Of a stretch of 64,000 bases of DNA, positions 1-12,841 are shown one piece after another (the stretch's first letter is position 1; each line of letters begins with the position of its first letter). Position numbers and translations under genes: made by a program. The stretch comes from Marsupella aquatica (lineage: Eukaryota; Plantae; Marchantiophyta). Where the stretch lies: the NCBI GenBank assembly GCA_973895155.1, contig OZ316896.1:15996576-16060575 (forward strand), written 5' to 3'. Below the pieces are notes generated by a model. That model was not told the DNA's origin, searched no databases, and saw only the letters and a list, made by a program, of their open reading frames with translations.

Positions 1-52
1 TGTGCCCTCCCTCCTGTATACGTGACAAGCTGCCAGCCCCCCCTCCCCTCGT

Positions 53-225
53 CTTTAATGATACATAGGGCCTCGTGCCCTTGGCACTTGCTCTCCTCCC
101 TTCCTTGCTTTAATGTTACATAGGGCACCGTGCCTTATCCACTTTCCTCCCACCTCCTCCCACATTAGCGAGTGCACACTTGGTATTCCTCCCCCCTCTT
201 TAACTCTACATAGGGCCTCGTGCCC
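53..225. repeat. Three copies of a ~28-bp motif (CTTTAATGNTACATAGGGCNNCGTGCC), probably subterminal repeats of an unidentified element running off the window start
   Basis: Copies at ~53-80, 108-134 and 198-225 in C-rich sequence. The element family cannot be identified. Confidence 0.55.
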
Positions 226-914
226 TGCCCCCGTATGCGCCATGTATACATGCGCCATACACCCTCCCCTGCGCACACACTTATCCAATACATTGTATTT
301 TTTCACTATGGGGCTTAAAGCCCCCCTTTAGGGCCATATTTATTTTTTCCTGCCTTCCCATTGGTTAAGCGGCATCCCGGGACCTGCCGCCCTCCGAATT
401 AACCGCTCCGATAGGGGGAACGGCCCCCTGTGAGACCTGTTGCACAGTCCAAGGAATATTTTGAAAAAAATAGAGAGCTGTTTTTTGGCCTTTAGTCGAA
501 GATTCCAAGGTCCAAATGATAACTTTTTTTGAATCTTTTTTGGCGAGGACGTAGCCACTGAAGCTAGCAACTCGGTGCACCACTAGATTTGCATTTCCAA
601 CGACGGGTGGTACTTGGAATTTTTCTTATTCCCCGAGGTGGTCAAAACGGGGGAGAATTTTTGAGTTTTACCCACCCCGACCGAAACGTGAAAAAGTTTT
701 TTGTCAAAACTCGGTTTCAATTTCGGATTTCAACGTTGGCTTGCTAGGCTGGTGGGCTATGTAACGGTGACCAGTTTCAAGTTTTTTGGAAAGTTGCAAA
801 AAACGACATTTTTTTGTGATTTGGATTTGAGTCAACGAGAAGGAAGGAAAAAGTAACAAAAGCATATAGGGAGCAACACAAAAATAGCACGTGGAGAACG
901 TTGGGAGGGCAACG

Positions 915-3900
915 ATGGCATCCAAGTTTGGAGGTGTCAAGTTTGAGGTGGAAAAGTATGATGGGAGCACAGATTATTTGTTATGGGAGAAGCAGGTTAA
1001 AGAATTCTTTGTGCTATGGGCCTAGATCATATGTTTTTGACTCGGGAGGAGTCTAGCAGTGAGGAGGAGATCCCGTTGAGGAAATGGAGGTAGGAGCAAG
1101 TGATCGTTGTGAATGCGGTTATGTTGTATCTGAAGCCGCATATCATTAAGAAGCTGGACGATTACGAGGATTACGTATCCTTATTCAAGGCCCTCAGAGA
1201 GAAGTATTACCGCGAGGATGCCTCAGATCGGTTGTACAAGAAATCTCTCTAGATGAGCTTGAGGCTAAAAGAAGGAGGCAAGCTTCGAGATCACTTGGAT
1301 AAATTCGATAGCCTAGCTGTAGATTTGTCAAATCTTGGCAAGGGAGTGGAAGATGAAGATAAGGCATTGCTTCTTCTCAGCTCCTTACCCCCATCGTATC
1401 AAGGTTTGAAGCAGGTTCTCTTGTATAGAGATCTCAAAACCATTTCATATGATGAGGTGGTAAGCTCTTTGCTGTCAGATGATGCACAGAAGAAACTGGG
1501 TCATACCCAGACACCATCTTCATCTGGCAGTGTGTTGAATGTGAACCGCGGGAGGACTCAACAACGGATGACTAGTGAAAACAGGTCCTTTTCACAATCA
1601 TACCCCTCACGGAATAGAGGCAAGGAGAAGGCTCGGTCTAAGTCTAGATCCAGGTCTAGAGAGAAATCTCTAGAAAGGAAACCAATTATATGCTGGAAAT
1701 GTAACAAGCCCGGCCACATGAAAAGAGACTATCGAGTCAAGCAGACTCATCAACCATCAGCGAACGCAGCCACTGATGTTGATATGATTGACTTGCTTGA
1801 TGATGAAATCTTGTGAAGTCAAGATGTTGCCCTTTGCATTTCATCCAATAACAACGGTGATGAATGGATTTTAGATTGTGCCTGTACCTATCATATTTGT
1901 TGTATGAAAGAGTTTTTTAGTTCTTACTCAATATCAACCGGTTCCATGTTGATGGGGAATGATCATCCTTGTCAAATTGTTGGAATTGAATCCGTGAAAA
2001 TTTGGATGTTTTATGGAGCTGTGCGAACAGTGAGAATGTCAGACACATATTTGACATGAAAAAGAACTTGATTTCTCTTGGAATGCTGAAAGCAAATGGA
2101 TGTCGGTGGAGTTTTGCTGATGGTATTCTTCAAGTGTCAACCGGAGGCAAGGTTGTCATGAAGGGTAAGCGACACAGGAATCTATACTTATTGGAGGGCA
2201 ACATCATTTGTGAAGAAGCCAATGTAACTAGATCTCAAGGCGAGATGACTCAGTTGTGGCACTGCAGATTGGGACACATGAGTGAAAAAGGTTTGACGGT
2301 ACTTCGTAGAAAATGACTTCTTTCTAATTTGGAATCTACTAAGTTAGATTTTTATGAACACTGTGTGCTTGGGAAGCAACACAGGAGAACCTTTGGTGTT
2401 GGAACTCACAATACCAAAGCTATACTTGAGTATGTACATAGTGATGTGTGGGGTCCAGCCCCAACTCCCTCAGTTTCTGGAAAATTGTACTATGTCAGGT
2501 TCATTGATGATTACTCACGGTATGTGTGGATCACATTTCAACACGCCAAGTCTAAAGTTTTTGGCACTTTTAAGAAGTGGAAAGCCCAAATTGAGAATCA
2601 GACTGGATCCAAGGTGAGATATCTACGATCAGATAACGGCGAGGAGTATAGTTCAAGTGAATTTGAACTGTACTGTGTAGAGCAAGGGATTACTCGCCAT
2701 CTCATGACAGTTTATACTACTCAACAGAATGGTGTTTGTGAGCGGCTGAACCGAACACTATTGGAGCGATCGAGGAGTATGTTAAGCCAATCAGGTTTAC
2801 CGCATGAATTTTGGGCTGAAGCTGTAAATACGACAACTTATTTGGTAAATCTTTCTCCTTCAAGTGCAATCAATTTCAAGACGCCGTTTGAAATGAGGTA
2901 TGGACGGCACGTAGACTATCAGGTTTTGAGAGTCTTTGGAAGTGATGCATATGCTCTCACACGTAAGCAGAATTGATCTAAACTAGATTCTACTTCCAAG
3001 AAGTGTCTTTTTCTTGGTTATCAACTAGGTGTGAAAGGTTACAGGCTATGGGATCCAGAAGCTTGTACGTTGTTTGTCAGTAGAGATGTATCCTTTAATG
3101 AATCCAGATCATCAAAGGAGGGGGAGAATGCTCAGACTTCTCGTACTAACAAAGGTAAATCTCCTATCCTAGACCATGTTGAGGGGGAGATTGGTCATGA
3201 GGGTTTTTATGACATAGTTGAAGGAGGTGCTCCGATAATGGAGTTGGTTCCGATGATGGAACAAGAAGAGCAGGTTGTTGTTGGAATACCTCAAAATCAA
3301 CCAACGGAGCAAGATCAGCCAGAATCATCAGCTAGAAAATCAAGGCAAACTACTCGAGCTCCTACAAGGTATGGACAATGGACAGATTCATCAAGGTTAG
3401 AGGATGCTGACATTGCACCTGGTGATGATGACAGAGCACTGATCTTGGAAGAAGGAGAACCGTCTTTATATCATGAGGCAAACATTTCAGACGAGAAAGA
3501 TGAATGAAATGCAGCAATGTAGAGGGAGTTGCAATCTTTAAGTGACAACAAAACATGGGGGCTGGTGCAGCTGCCAAGTGATCAACAAGTGATGGATAGC
3601 AAGTGGATTTACAAGCTGAAGGACAACTCTTCAGATGGAGGAGACAAGATATACAAGGCAAGGCTTGTTGCCAAGGGATTCACTCAAGAGAAGGGAGTGG
3701 ATTACAATGAGATCTTCTCTCCAGTTGCCAAGTATTCCACGATACGAATTTTGTATCAACTTGTTGTGTTTTTTGATCTGGGGTTAGATGAAATGGATGT
3801 TATTATTGTTTTTCTCTATGGCACCTTGGAGGAACAAATTTTCATGAGGCAACCACTGGGCTTTGTGAAGAAGGGTCAAGAAAGTTTAGTTTGCAGGTTG

Positions 3901-5045
3901 CTTAAGTCCCTGTATGGATTGAAGCAAGCTCCTCGGTAGTGGGACAAGCGATTTGATAATTTCATGTTTGCACAAGGATTCACTAGAATGGTATATGACC
4001 CTTGTGTATATGCAAAATCAGTCAAGAATGGTGTGTTTGGTTTACTCACTCTGGTGCTCTACGTGGATGACATGTTGATTGCGGCTAAGGATCAAATTGA
4101 GGTTGACAAACTCAAAGCAAAATTGAGTTCTGAATTCTGAATGAAGGATCTTGGGAAAGCCAAAAGGATCTTAGGTATGGAGCTAACGAGGAACTTTGAA
4201 ACTGGACAGTTGTGGCTGAATCAAGGCAAGTATGTTGAAAAGGTACTTGCAAGATTCAACATGGAAAATTGTAAGCCAGTAAGTATTCCTTTGGCTCCAC
4301 ATTTCAAGTTATCATCGGCTTTCTGCCCCACGGATCCAGTGGAGAGAGGCTTGATGACTAAGGTTCCTTATGAGAAGGCAGTGGGCAGTCTAATGTATTT
4401 GATGACATGTACCAGGCCTGATCTAGCCCTAGCAATGGGCAAAGTTAGTAGATTCATGTCAGATCCAGGGAAGGTACACTGGGAAGCTGTGAAATGGATT
4501 CTCAGGTATCTTAAGGGCACAATAGACTATGGTCTGTTGTTTGAAAGTAGATCAAACAAAACCAAATCATTTTGGTTGGCTATGTAGATTCTGACTACGG
4601 AGGCTGTCTGGAAACAAGGAGGTCAACGACTGGGTATGTGTTTACTCTTGGAGGAGGATGCATAAGTTGGAGATCTACCTTGCAAAAGTGTGTATCTCAG
4701 TCTACTACAGAAGCAGAATATGTTGCAACAACAGAAGCAGCAAAGGAAGCAATTTGGTTGGATAAGCTGGTCACTGAGATGGGATTGGAGCATGGAAAAA
4801 TGGCTCTTCATTGTGACAGCCAAAGTGCGCTTCACCTAGCTATTAACCAGGTTATGGATAGCAGGGTGAAACACATTGACATCAGGTACCATTTTATTAG
4901 GCAAACAGTGTCTGATAAAATGTTTGAGCTAGTCAAGATTGATGGAAAGCTCAACCCAGCTGATGCTTTTACCAAAGTGATTCCTTTGGAGAGTTACTCA
5001 AGACACCGTGCTACTTTGCAAGTTTTGCATTTGCAGCACAAGTAG
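915..5045 (+). pseudogene. Copia gag-pol polyprotein pseudogene with multiple stops and frameshifts
   Basis: ATG 915 MASKFGGVKFEVEKYDG..LLWE (gag); zinc knuckle CWKCNKPGHMKRDY (last Cys lost); protease WILDCACTYH (~1865); LWHCRLGHMS; integrase YVHSDVWGP / LRSDNGEEY / QQNGVCER; RT YKARLVAKGFTQ and LYVDDML (~4060); RNase [38 protein letters not shown]. Confidence 0.95.
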
Positions 5046-5249
5046 AGTAACTTAACAATATGTAATTTTTGTATATGGGTTACTCAATCCTGTTATGGCT
5101 AAGGCTTAATTCTAGTTAACCCTTAGTTAATCTTAAATGGTTTTTAGGGGGACACCTATGGTTTTAGGTGATTGTCTAGAATTTCCCGCTGAGTATCTCA
5201 TATGGATAGCAGAAATTGCAGTCCCCAAGACTAGAGTCAAGGGGGAGTT

Positions 5250-5582
5250 TGTTAAGGATTGCTCTTAGTCTTGTGACTCAAAGGTTACGACACTTAGGCT
5301 AACCACAGTTAGGGTCTTAGCTGAGGTTAGGTTAGTCATGTGTGACCTTGTATATACCAAGGCTAGTGTAAGCCGCTGGTGTGGTGGTGCTTACTCATTG
5401 TAACGGAGCAACTTGAGGAAGAGGGGGAGCATGTGTGTTTGTCTACTCTTGAAGTAAAACTTGAGTGTTCGTGTGGACGTAGCCTTAGAGAAGAGGTGAA
5501 CCACGTAGAGATTGTGTCGACTACGTGTGCATGAAATGAGTCATGGTTGTATGGTGGTTGCGAAAGACGTCATAGTTCAACA
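5250..5582 (+). repeat. 3' LTR of the copia element (~333 bp)
   Basis: Begins TGTTAAGGATT just after the PPT and ends TTCAACA. Colinear homology to the solo LTR at 57525-57869 supports both boundaries. Confidence 0.85.
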
Positions 5583-6686
5583 ATCAGGCCATAACTCGCG
5601 CCCTAAGCGTCCGTTGCCCATGGCGTCAACTCCCTTGGCCTTGGGCCCAAGAGAAGCTCACACTCAAGCCCTCAGGACTCAAAGTCCGTTCGGGGGTCCG
5701 GACGGTCGACCTTGAGCCCGGCCCTTTTCCCCTTGACCCAACCAGCTCTCAGCTAGTCTAAGTCCTTAGTGCGTGTCACTAGCTTGGCGCCTTGCCTTCG
5801 CCAATGCCACATCTCATTGCTCACAAGTCTCTCCATGCTAGGTCCTCCCCGGATGGCCAATCCGGGCCTGCACCATAAGGGAGCTCGACGTCGGAGTCAG
5901 CGACGCCGGAACTAAGTGTTAAGGTAGTCGAGTTCTGCGACTCACACTATAGTTCACCGAATTGTTGGTGAAGTGCGGGGTGAAGTGTATGACAAGCATT
6001 ATCCTAACCGTTTATTGTATTCAAGTTCTTAGTCTTTTTAAACACTTAAGTTGCCTAAATCCATTCCAATGTTTGTCATAGTCATTCATTTTACCCTAGG
6101 CTCTTTGCAAGTAGTTATGTAGGACTTAGTAATCTTAGTTGTAAAGGGTTTGGTCTAAATCGGCTAATTTTCTTTAGTGCTTCCCTCCCAAACCCCTCCC
6201 CGGCCTCCCGGATCCTCCCAAACCCGGCCTGGACCCGGCCTCCCAAACCCCCTAAACATCCGGCCTGAACCCACCCAGGGCCAGCCCGGGTCACCCCTCA
6301 CACCTGGACTGACACCGACTCTGGGAGACTGGGTGACCGGTTGACGGCTTGACGCCCCAAATTGCCCAATTTGACAGGCAAGGTCAAACCGGGGCACTGT
6401 GCAACAAACTGTTATGTGTTCATCCTTTATATCACTCCAAATAGTTTTTGTACTATCAACATCATCACAAAATTGGGCAAGTGTTTGGTTCAACATGCAT
6501 TGTATGCATCAAGAATATCCCATTGATGACAACATGAAGCCAAAATAGAATCACTCAAATTTGAGCTTTGCGTGATTCTTGTTTAGCCTTAAAGAGTCAT
6601 CCTTTTCCACGTGACCTATTTCACCCAAACAGAAAGATAATTAAATTAAATGCGAGTAAACAGGAATTTTGATAGCCCATAGTGTT

Positions 6687-6913
6687 GTGAGTCATTAGTG
6701 ATTTAATTTCTTTTATTTTTGCTGTCTTTTCCAATTTTAATGTTTTTTAAGACTCCAGATGACTAGAGACGTGGTCACCTTAAGAGAAAAAACAAAGTGT
6801 TGTTAGTGAGTCATTAGTGATTTAATTTCTTTTATTTTTGCTGTCTTTTCTAGTTTTAGTGTTTTTTTAAGACTCCAGATGACTAGAGACGTGGTCACCT
6901 TAAGAGAAAAAAC
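6687..6913. repeat. Tandem duplication, ~107-bp unit x2 (period ~119 bp)
   Basis: GTGAGTCATTAGTGATTTAATTTC...CACCTTAAGAGAAAAAAC at ~6687-6793 and ~6806-6913. Confidence 0.9.
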
Positions 6914-7231
6914 TTGCTGGTGCAAAGAATTGTTTTACTGTTGGGCTAGCGAGGTATAATCAGGGGTCCCCAAAATGGATATTACCAACCAGGTTGTTGT
7001 TTACAAGGCAGTTGAAAATAGAAAAGTAGGGGTCATGTGACTAAGGGTTTAGGGTTTAGGGTCTTTCATCCCAAGCTAAAATGACCCATTTTTGGTGTGT
7101 TGAGCAACTTTTACTTATACATGAATCACCCAGCTCCCTCGGCACCTCCCCTAAGTCATTATGCATTACATTTTGATACTTTATTTCTACTGTGGAGGCA
7201 AATTGGTGTACTTCTGTACAGCTTCTGAGGT

Positions 7232-7401
7232 GAGAGATGATCGAATACAACTGTTTTTTTTGCCTTCAATACCCAAAACTGACCCATCCAACATAGGATA
7301 GACAATCAACTGCTACCGAGGGTGGAGATGATCGAATACAACAGTTTTTTTGCCTTGATTACCCAAAACTAACCCATCCAACAGAGTATAGACAATCAAC
7401 T
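7232..7401. repeat. Tandem duplication, ~77-bp unit x2
   Basis: GAGATGATCGAATACAAC...TAGACAATCAACT at ~7234-7311 and ~7325-7401. Confidence 0.85.
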
Positions 7402-7409
7402 CCAAAGCA

Positions 7410-7700
7410 TACACCTCTGTAATGTAGCCCGCAAGGGGGGTCATACAGCGGACCAAGAGGGAGAGAGGGTTGGACCAGAGCCTGAAAGATGGGCAGAGTA
7501 AAACCGGTAGTCCCACCACCATTACATCCCACCACAACTACCTCCACCCACACACTCTTTCACCCTCCACAACCCTTGCATGTGCCCTAGGGGCATTGAA
7601 TCTGGGATCTCTCGTCTAGGCTCATTCATGGCCAACTGCGGGGATTGAACCTGGGATCTCTGTTCTAGGCTCATTCACGGCCGACTGGACACAGCCAATC
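7410..7700 (-). mobile_element. tRNA-derived SINE-like repeat, copy 1, with the B-box segment internally duplicated
   Basis: Minus-strand B-box GGTTCAATCC (plus GGATTGAACC 7642-7651), A-box-like TGTCCAGTCGG near 7681-7691, and a body homologous to 41220-41470. Confidence 0.55.
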
Positions 7701-7845
7701 GGTTACGATTGTTGCTTTCAGATTCGTCACTGAGCTAAAATTTGTAAGCTGAGCTCTATCTGGTGTGGCATTGGAATGAGGTCTCTCGCTTTGCTGCGAG
7801 TTCAAGTCCTGGCTGATCAGAACTGACGCTAGACTGAGAGGAGTG

Positions 7846-10800
7846 ATGACGATGGCACCTCGGCTCTGTATCGCCTCTGTCGGCCACCCTCTACTTCCTT
7901 GTCCAACTCGCTTCCATCTCGCCAGGGCCCTCAGCTGGTTCCTACCCTTTGTCTTGCATGCAACGGAGGCAGCAGGCAGTCATCAATTTTCTTCAACTTC
8001 AAATCCTCAGGTAGATCTCTCACCGGGGCGTATCCCTATCCGTGGCTTGGTTTTCCTTCTGGATTGCAGAACGAAAATTTACGTGTTTCAAAGTTTACTG
8101 GATAACAAATGCATGACTTAAATTTTATCCGGTCTATCCGTGCTTACGAATTTAGAATAGTGAAATTCCCATGGTCGTTTTGCTTTTGCCACGTACGGAT
8201 GGGTTTCAAACAAAGGGAAATTCCATAATTGCCTCCCTGAACTGATGAATTAGTGAACTCACGGATTTTTTGAACTTTGAAGAATCATCTTGTTAAGTTA
8301 GCCATTTGGGGGGCGGTGAAGAACTTGAAAAAAGAAGCGAATGTACGATAGTTTCCTGAGTGCCCGAAACAGTGAATAACTGTGAATTTGTTTTTGCCCT
8401 CTGCTACTTCTGTATATCAAATGGTACAAAGTGCGGTCTTTGGCATAGCATAACTACCGTAGTGATTTTAATTATTCTCCATTTCCTGCCTGTTAGTTTC
8501 AATTGTGTTGTCGTGTGAAAGATCACTGGTTACAAGCTTGAGCAGATCAGACCTGGTTGCGCCTTTGTGTCCACTTACTTTTTACAAGTCGAAGAATATT
8601 GTCATTTTGATATCTGTGATTGCTGCAGGAAGCTGGTTTATCTGAAACGAAGTGGCAGGAGCTCCCACCAGTGCCTAAACAAGCAAGAAGATGGACCGCA
8701 TGGGAGCTCAATGAGGCATATATGAATTCAGAAAAGAGAGGATCTGTGGTCCGAGATGAGCATTATGACGGAGATTATGGAGTGAAACAAATCACAGCTC
8801 TTCAATGGGTGACCAAATGTTGTCCAAGTCTTCCCAGCAGTCTGCTTCACAAGCTCTTTCGTGTGCGGCAGGTGTTGTTTGAATTTGGTCTAGTACTAAG
8901 AAAGATTTAGGAACAGAGTATTTTTTCACCTAAAACCCTAAACCCTTAGACTAGTGCGTAATTTTGGGTGATCGTGATGCTTGCCATCCTTGCTATCTCG
9001 CTGTAGTTCTTTAAAGTAGTACCAAATACCTTTGTCGTCGCTTTTTGAACGTGGAGACAGGTGAATGACTATTTGCTGTCATCGTAGGTCCGCCAACGAA
9101 GTCCTCTGCCAGAGACTCAACCCAAAGGGCAGTCGTCTGATGCGCCAGCTATCGAGCAAGTAGCTATGCGAATGAGAAGGGTACAATAAAATCGTACCCA
9201 TGATCTAGTGTACTGGTTAGCTACATGAATGAATCTTTGCTGAGGGTCAGCTGCTTTGCAAAATGCAGATTTCAACAAATGACGTGATCAGCTTGGTGGA
9301 AGGTTGCAGGTTTCTGTGAAGGCAGTGCTAGAAGAAGGAACGATTCTGTATTTGCCGAAAAGTGTATTTCAAAATGGAGCCGAAAAACATCCTAGGCATA
9401 ACTTAAAGAAAACCGAGCATGAACCGACAGCAGCTGAGTTTGCATGGCTTCAAGGCTTTCTGCTGTACAAGGCAAGCTTTGTCTCTTGGCCAGTTCATGA
9501 TTTACATGTCTTTTTCGCAACTGTTGTCTTTTTCAGTTCAAGACGTGAGATAATATGGAGTTACTCTTAACTGCTCGCCTCAACAAGCTAGAAAAAAAGA
9601 CATGTTAATTTAGAAGATCTCGAGCAATGTGCTGTTGGAAGCACGCATACTTTACGCTCTGTGTACATTCAATCGCCCGATTCCGACTCTAAGAATCCCG
9701 ACGACGATAACTGTTCTAGTCTTGAAGTGTCTTAAAGTGTTTGTCAACCTGTGACCTGTTTTCCATGAATGGTGGTCCGATTCTGCATATCATCCTCTCT
9801 AAAATTGCACGTGACGTCCTTTATTGGTTCAATGACCTCCCAACATTATATAGAGAATGTAAGGGCAATGTCATTACCACAACATACCTAGAGGTTAATA
9901 TTTCCTGTGTGTCAGGATGCAGGATGCAGAAATTCTTGTCATCAACAAACCACCTGGACTTCCTGTTCAGGTAGATTTTTTGCGCAAATTCTGGGCTCAC
10001 ATGGCTGGAATAATCTAACACGTTACCTTTCATTTGGCCGTCCTCGGTTCCCGAGGCCGATTGTATCCTATTTGTTCCATGCTTACATTTGTTTCATGCC
10101 GCTCCTTCTTCTTTCTCTAAAATACTTTCCTTGGAATGTCATCATTTGATTCGATAGGTAAAATCTCTTTCGCAATCTCTACAAATACTATGCAGCATGT
10201 TGAGTTGATGATTTGAGTGAAATTTTCAGGCTGACAGCAGAGTTCCGCCAAGTCTTGTTCTATAGTTTCATTGGAAGTTTGTCTGGCTCTCATGCAGGGT
10301 GGTAGTCAAATAAAGAAGAGCTTAGATTCGTTGATGGGGAGTGCACTTTCGTTCGACTACAATGATGGACCCAGGCTGGTAACCCTCAAGTATTTTCACG
10401 AGTGGGACTTTGTTGAAAGCTAGGGGTTAGGGAGATGTGTCCTTCAGTTTGTACATGTTTTGACCGTCACTAACATAGGGCCTTTGCCAGATTGACAGTC
10501 ACGAGTTTTGACGAATTGTTTTAGGGAAGAGAAAAGAGACGATAAAATTATATGGCAAGATACCTTTAGAGGGCCTGCATTATCGCCAATGGATCCACGG
10601 CTGAAAGATGAATAAAAGATTTCATACAAACGATTTAAGTTTTCGACCTTCATTCTAATCAGCTTCACTTTCTCGCGGCTTTCTTACAACTATGGGCTTA
10701 GGTGCCTGAGTGATCTTTAGTGAGAAGAGTCCAGCGCCGTTGAACGGGGTGTTTGCGGCTGACATGGACAGCTCAATGATGTTTTCCTCCTTCTCTTTGA

Positions 10801-12841
10801 AGATGGGAAACTGAGGAGCTGGACAGACAAATCAGATCAATTTATGGGGTAATGATCAGACTCCCATGGCTAAGGGTGTCAAAGAGAGGAGCGAGATTTC
10901 GTCGCTAGTTTTGTAGATAATACGAGTGAAGGTTCTGCTGAACCTGCTACATTTGATGTTAGTCAACAACAGACATCAATGACACACCGACTTTTAGTGA
11001 TTCATCCAGGAAATGCACTAACCATTGTTGTTGCTGTGACCACCAGGTGCATCGTTTGGATAAGGAGACCAGTGGACTCGTGATTTTGGCACGTACACAA
11101 GAATGTGCGATGCTGCTGCATACGTTATTCCGTGAGAAGACAGCCACAGCTCCCGAGGTGCATACCTGCCAATGTGATTGCAAACACCGTTATTGATTAC
11201 TCAGCAAGATGGTTAATTTCTTCACTTTGCATGCTTTTCTTTAGAAGTGTTTTCGTGTGCTATATTACAGTGATTTGGATAGATCTAAAGAGATGATTTG
11301 TACGCAAGGGCTTGTGAATGTCCAAATCTAGGCAACTTCTACAATGATTTGAAGATCTCGAAGGGTGATGTGCATTTGTTGATAAAAATCCTAGCCCGCT
11401 TACTCTTGGGCACATGGCATTTATTGATCTTATATTCACTTCAATCTGTTTTGGATATGCAGATTGAGGATGACAATACAACTATAAAGCGGGTGTATTG
11501 GGCGCTGGTCATTGGCAGACCAAGAAAACTCCAAGGGCGCATCTCAGTTCCCCTCATCAAGGTAACGAAGTTCTTAGAGCAGTTTCAAGATCATCTGATG
11601 CTTCCGGCTCATACGTGGCAGTGTCTCCATCCTGGCCAATCTATGGCAAAGTTTCGTCTGTAGCCTACTTTAATTAATGTGAATCTTACTGTTTGTCGAG
11701 ACCAAGAGTAATGTGAACTGTCTTCTCATCACTACCCAGTCTCTTGGACATAGGTGGGGTATGCAAAAGTCGTGACCCCTGCCAGGTAAGACTGCTGTAG
11801 ATACTACCGAGGACTTCGGTTTGTCATAGTTCCAGGAGAATTTGAGCACAAGATTTCCAATGGTCAGTAAGTAAGCATTTCTGGCAGTGTTTTCTGGTTG
11901 ATATATTTGCCATGATTAATGGCACGTAGGGACATGGCTCAGCATGGATAGCTAGCCTCACTTTTCTTATCGTGAAATTTTACAGATCGTTCTAGATGAA
12001 GGGAAGGTCGATAAGATAATGGTCACTCACGATTTCTCAAGTGAGAATGCGCAAGTCGCTATCACTGATTACAAGGTTATCGGCCCTTCATACCATGGTA
12101 AGCGGCTTGGCGTGTCTACAATGAAACCTGTACTTGTTTCTAGACTTGAGATTTCTAGGTTTGCAAAATTGTGTTGACTGCTGGGTTCGATGGCTGCCAG
12201 GCTGCACTTGGGTAGAGCTACAACCCGTGACTGGGAGGAAACATCAGGTAAGCCACAACTTCTGCGACTGTGTAGCCTTTGAAAATCTACTGTGCATTGT
12301 TTGTCCTGGCCGGGGGCTGTGGTCAATTATCCGTTATCTGTAGTTATCTGTAGTTGTTTGGGTAGATGGATTTCGATATCTTCTTACATTGTGCCGCTCT
12401 CGATATTCTTGAATGCAGCTACGTGTTCACTGTGCTGAAGTTCTGGGCACACCAGTTCTTGGTGACATGAAGTATGGCTGGCGTACTCAAAAAGACTGGA
12501 TTAGAAATATTACTTCAGAAATTTCCTATGAGGGCGCGGTTGAAAATACAGAGGGGAAATATTCCAAGGAAGTTGGACATATGAAAGCTGTGAAAGGAAG
12601 TCTTCTTAACAAAGAACCACTTCTTCACTTACATTGCCGTGAAATGGTTCTACCCAATGTGTTGCAGATGCTTGGGAAGGATAGGAGTAGATTAAGTCGT
12701 GTAGATGTAAATATTGATCGTCTTCAATTTTTAGCACCGTTACCTCCACATATGGCTGCAAGCAGGCATATATGGGAAGAAAATACTTCAGCAGCTTCAA
12801 ATCAAATAGATAGCTTTACGGGAAGCACCTTGAAATGTTGA
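7846..12841 (+). CDS. RluA-family RNA pseudouridine synthase, organellar type (similar to plant mitochondrial RNA pseudouridine synthases). Exons 7846(or 7852)-8010, 8629-8871, 9088-9180, 9310-9471, 9923-9970, 10298-10378, 11047-11157, 11463-11561, 11986-12097, 12201-12247, 12419-12841
   Basis: The spliced frame is continuous. Motifs YKDAEILVINKPPGLPVQGG, catalytic VHRLDKETSG, YWALVIG, TGRKHQLRVH, LGTPVLGDMKYG and LHLHC. The N-terminus resembles a transit peptide. The intron after 9471 needs a GC donor. Confidence 0.92.

Larger units (their letters stand above)
600..5582 (+). mobile_element. Ty1/copia LTR retrotransposon, decayed; 5' LTR and PBS not recognisable in the window (left boundary approximate)
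   Basis: gag-pol with copia domain order PR-IN-RT-RH, then a polypurine tract AAGGGGGAG (~5239-5247) and a TG...CA-bounded 3' LTR. Confidence 0.95.

Noticed and set aside
7044-7061. TTTAGGG telomere-like repeats (also ~8930, ~19535, ~52986, ~53113)
   Set aside because: Only 1-2.5 units. These are ordinary interstitial telo-boxes, not a telomere or fusion scar.
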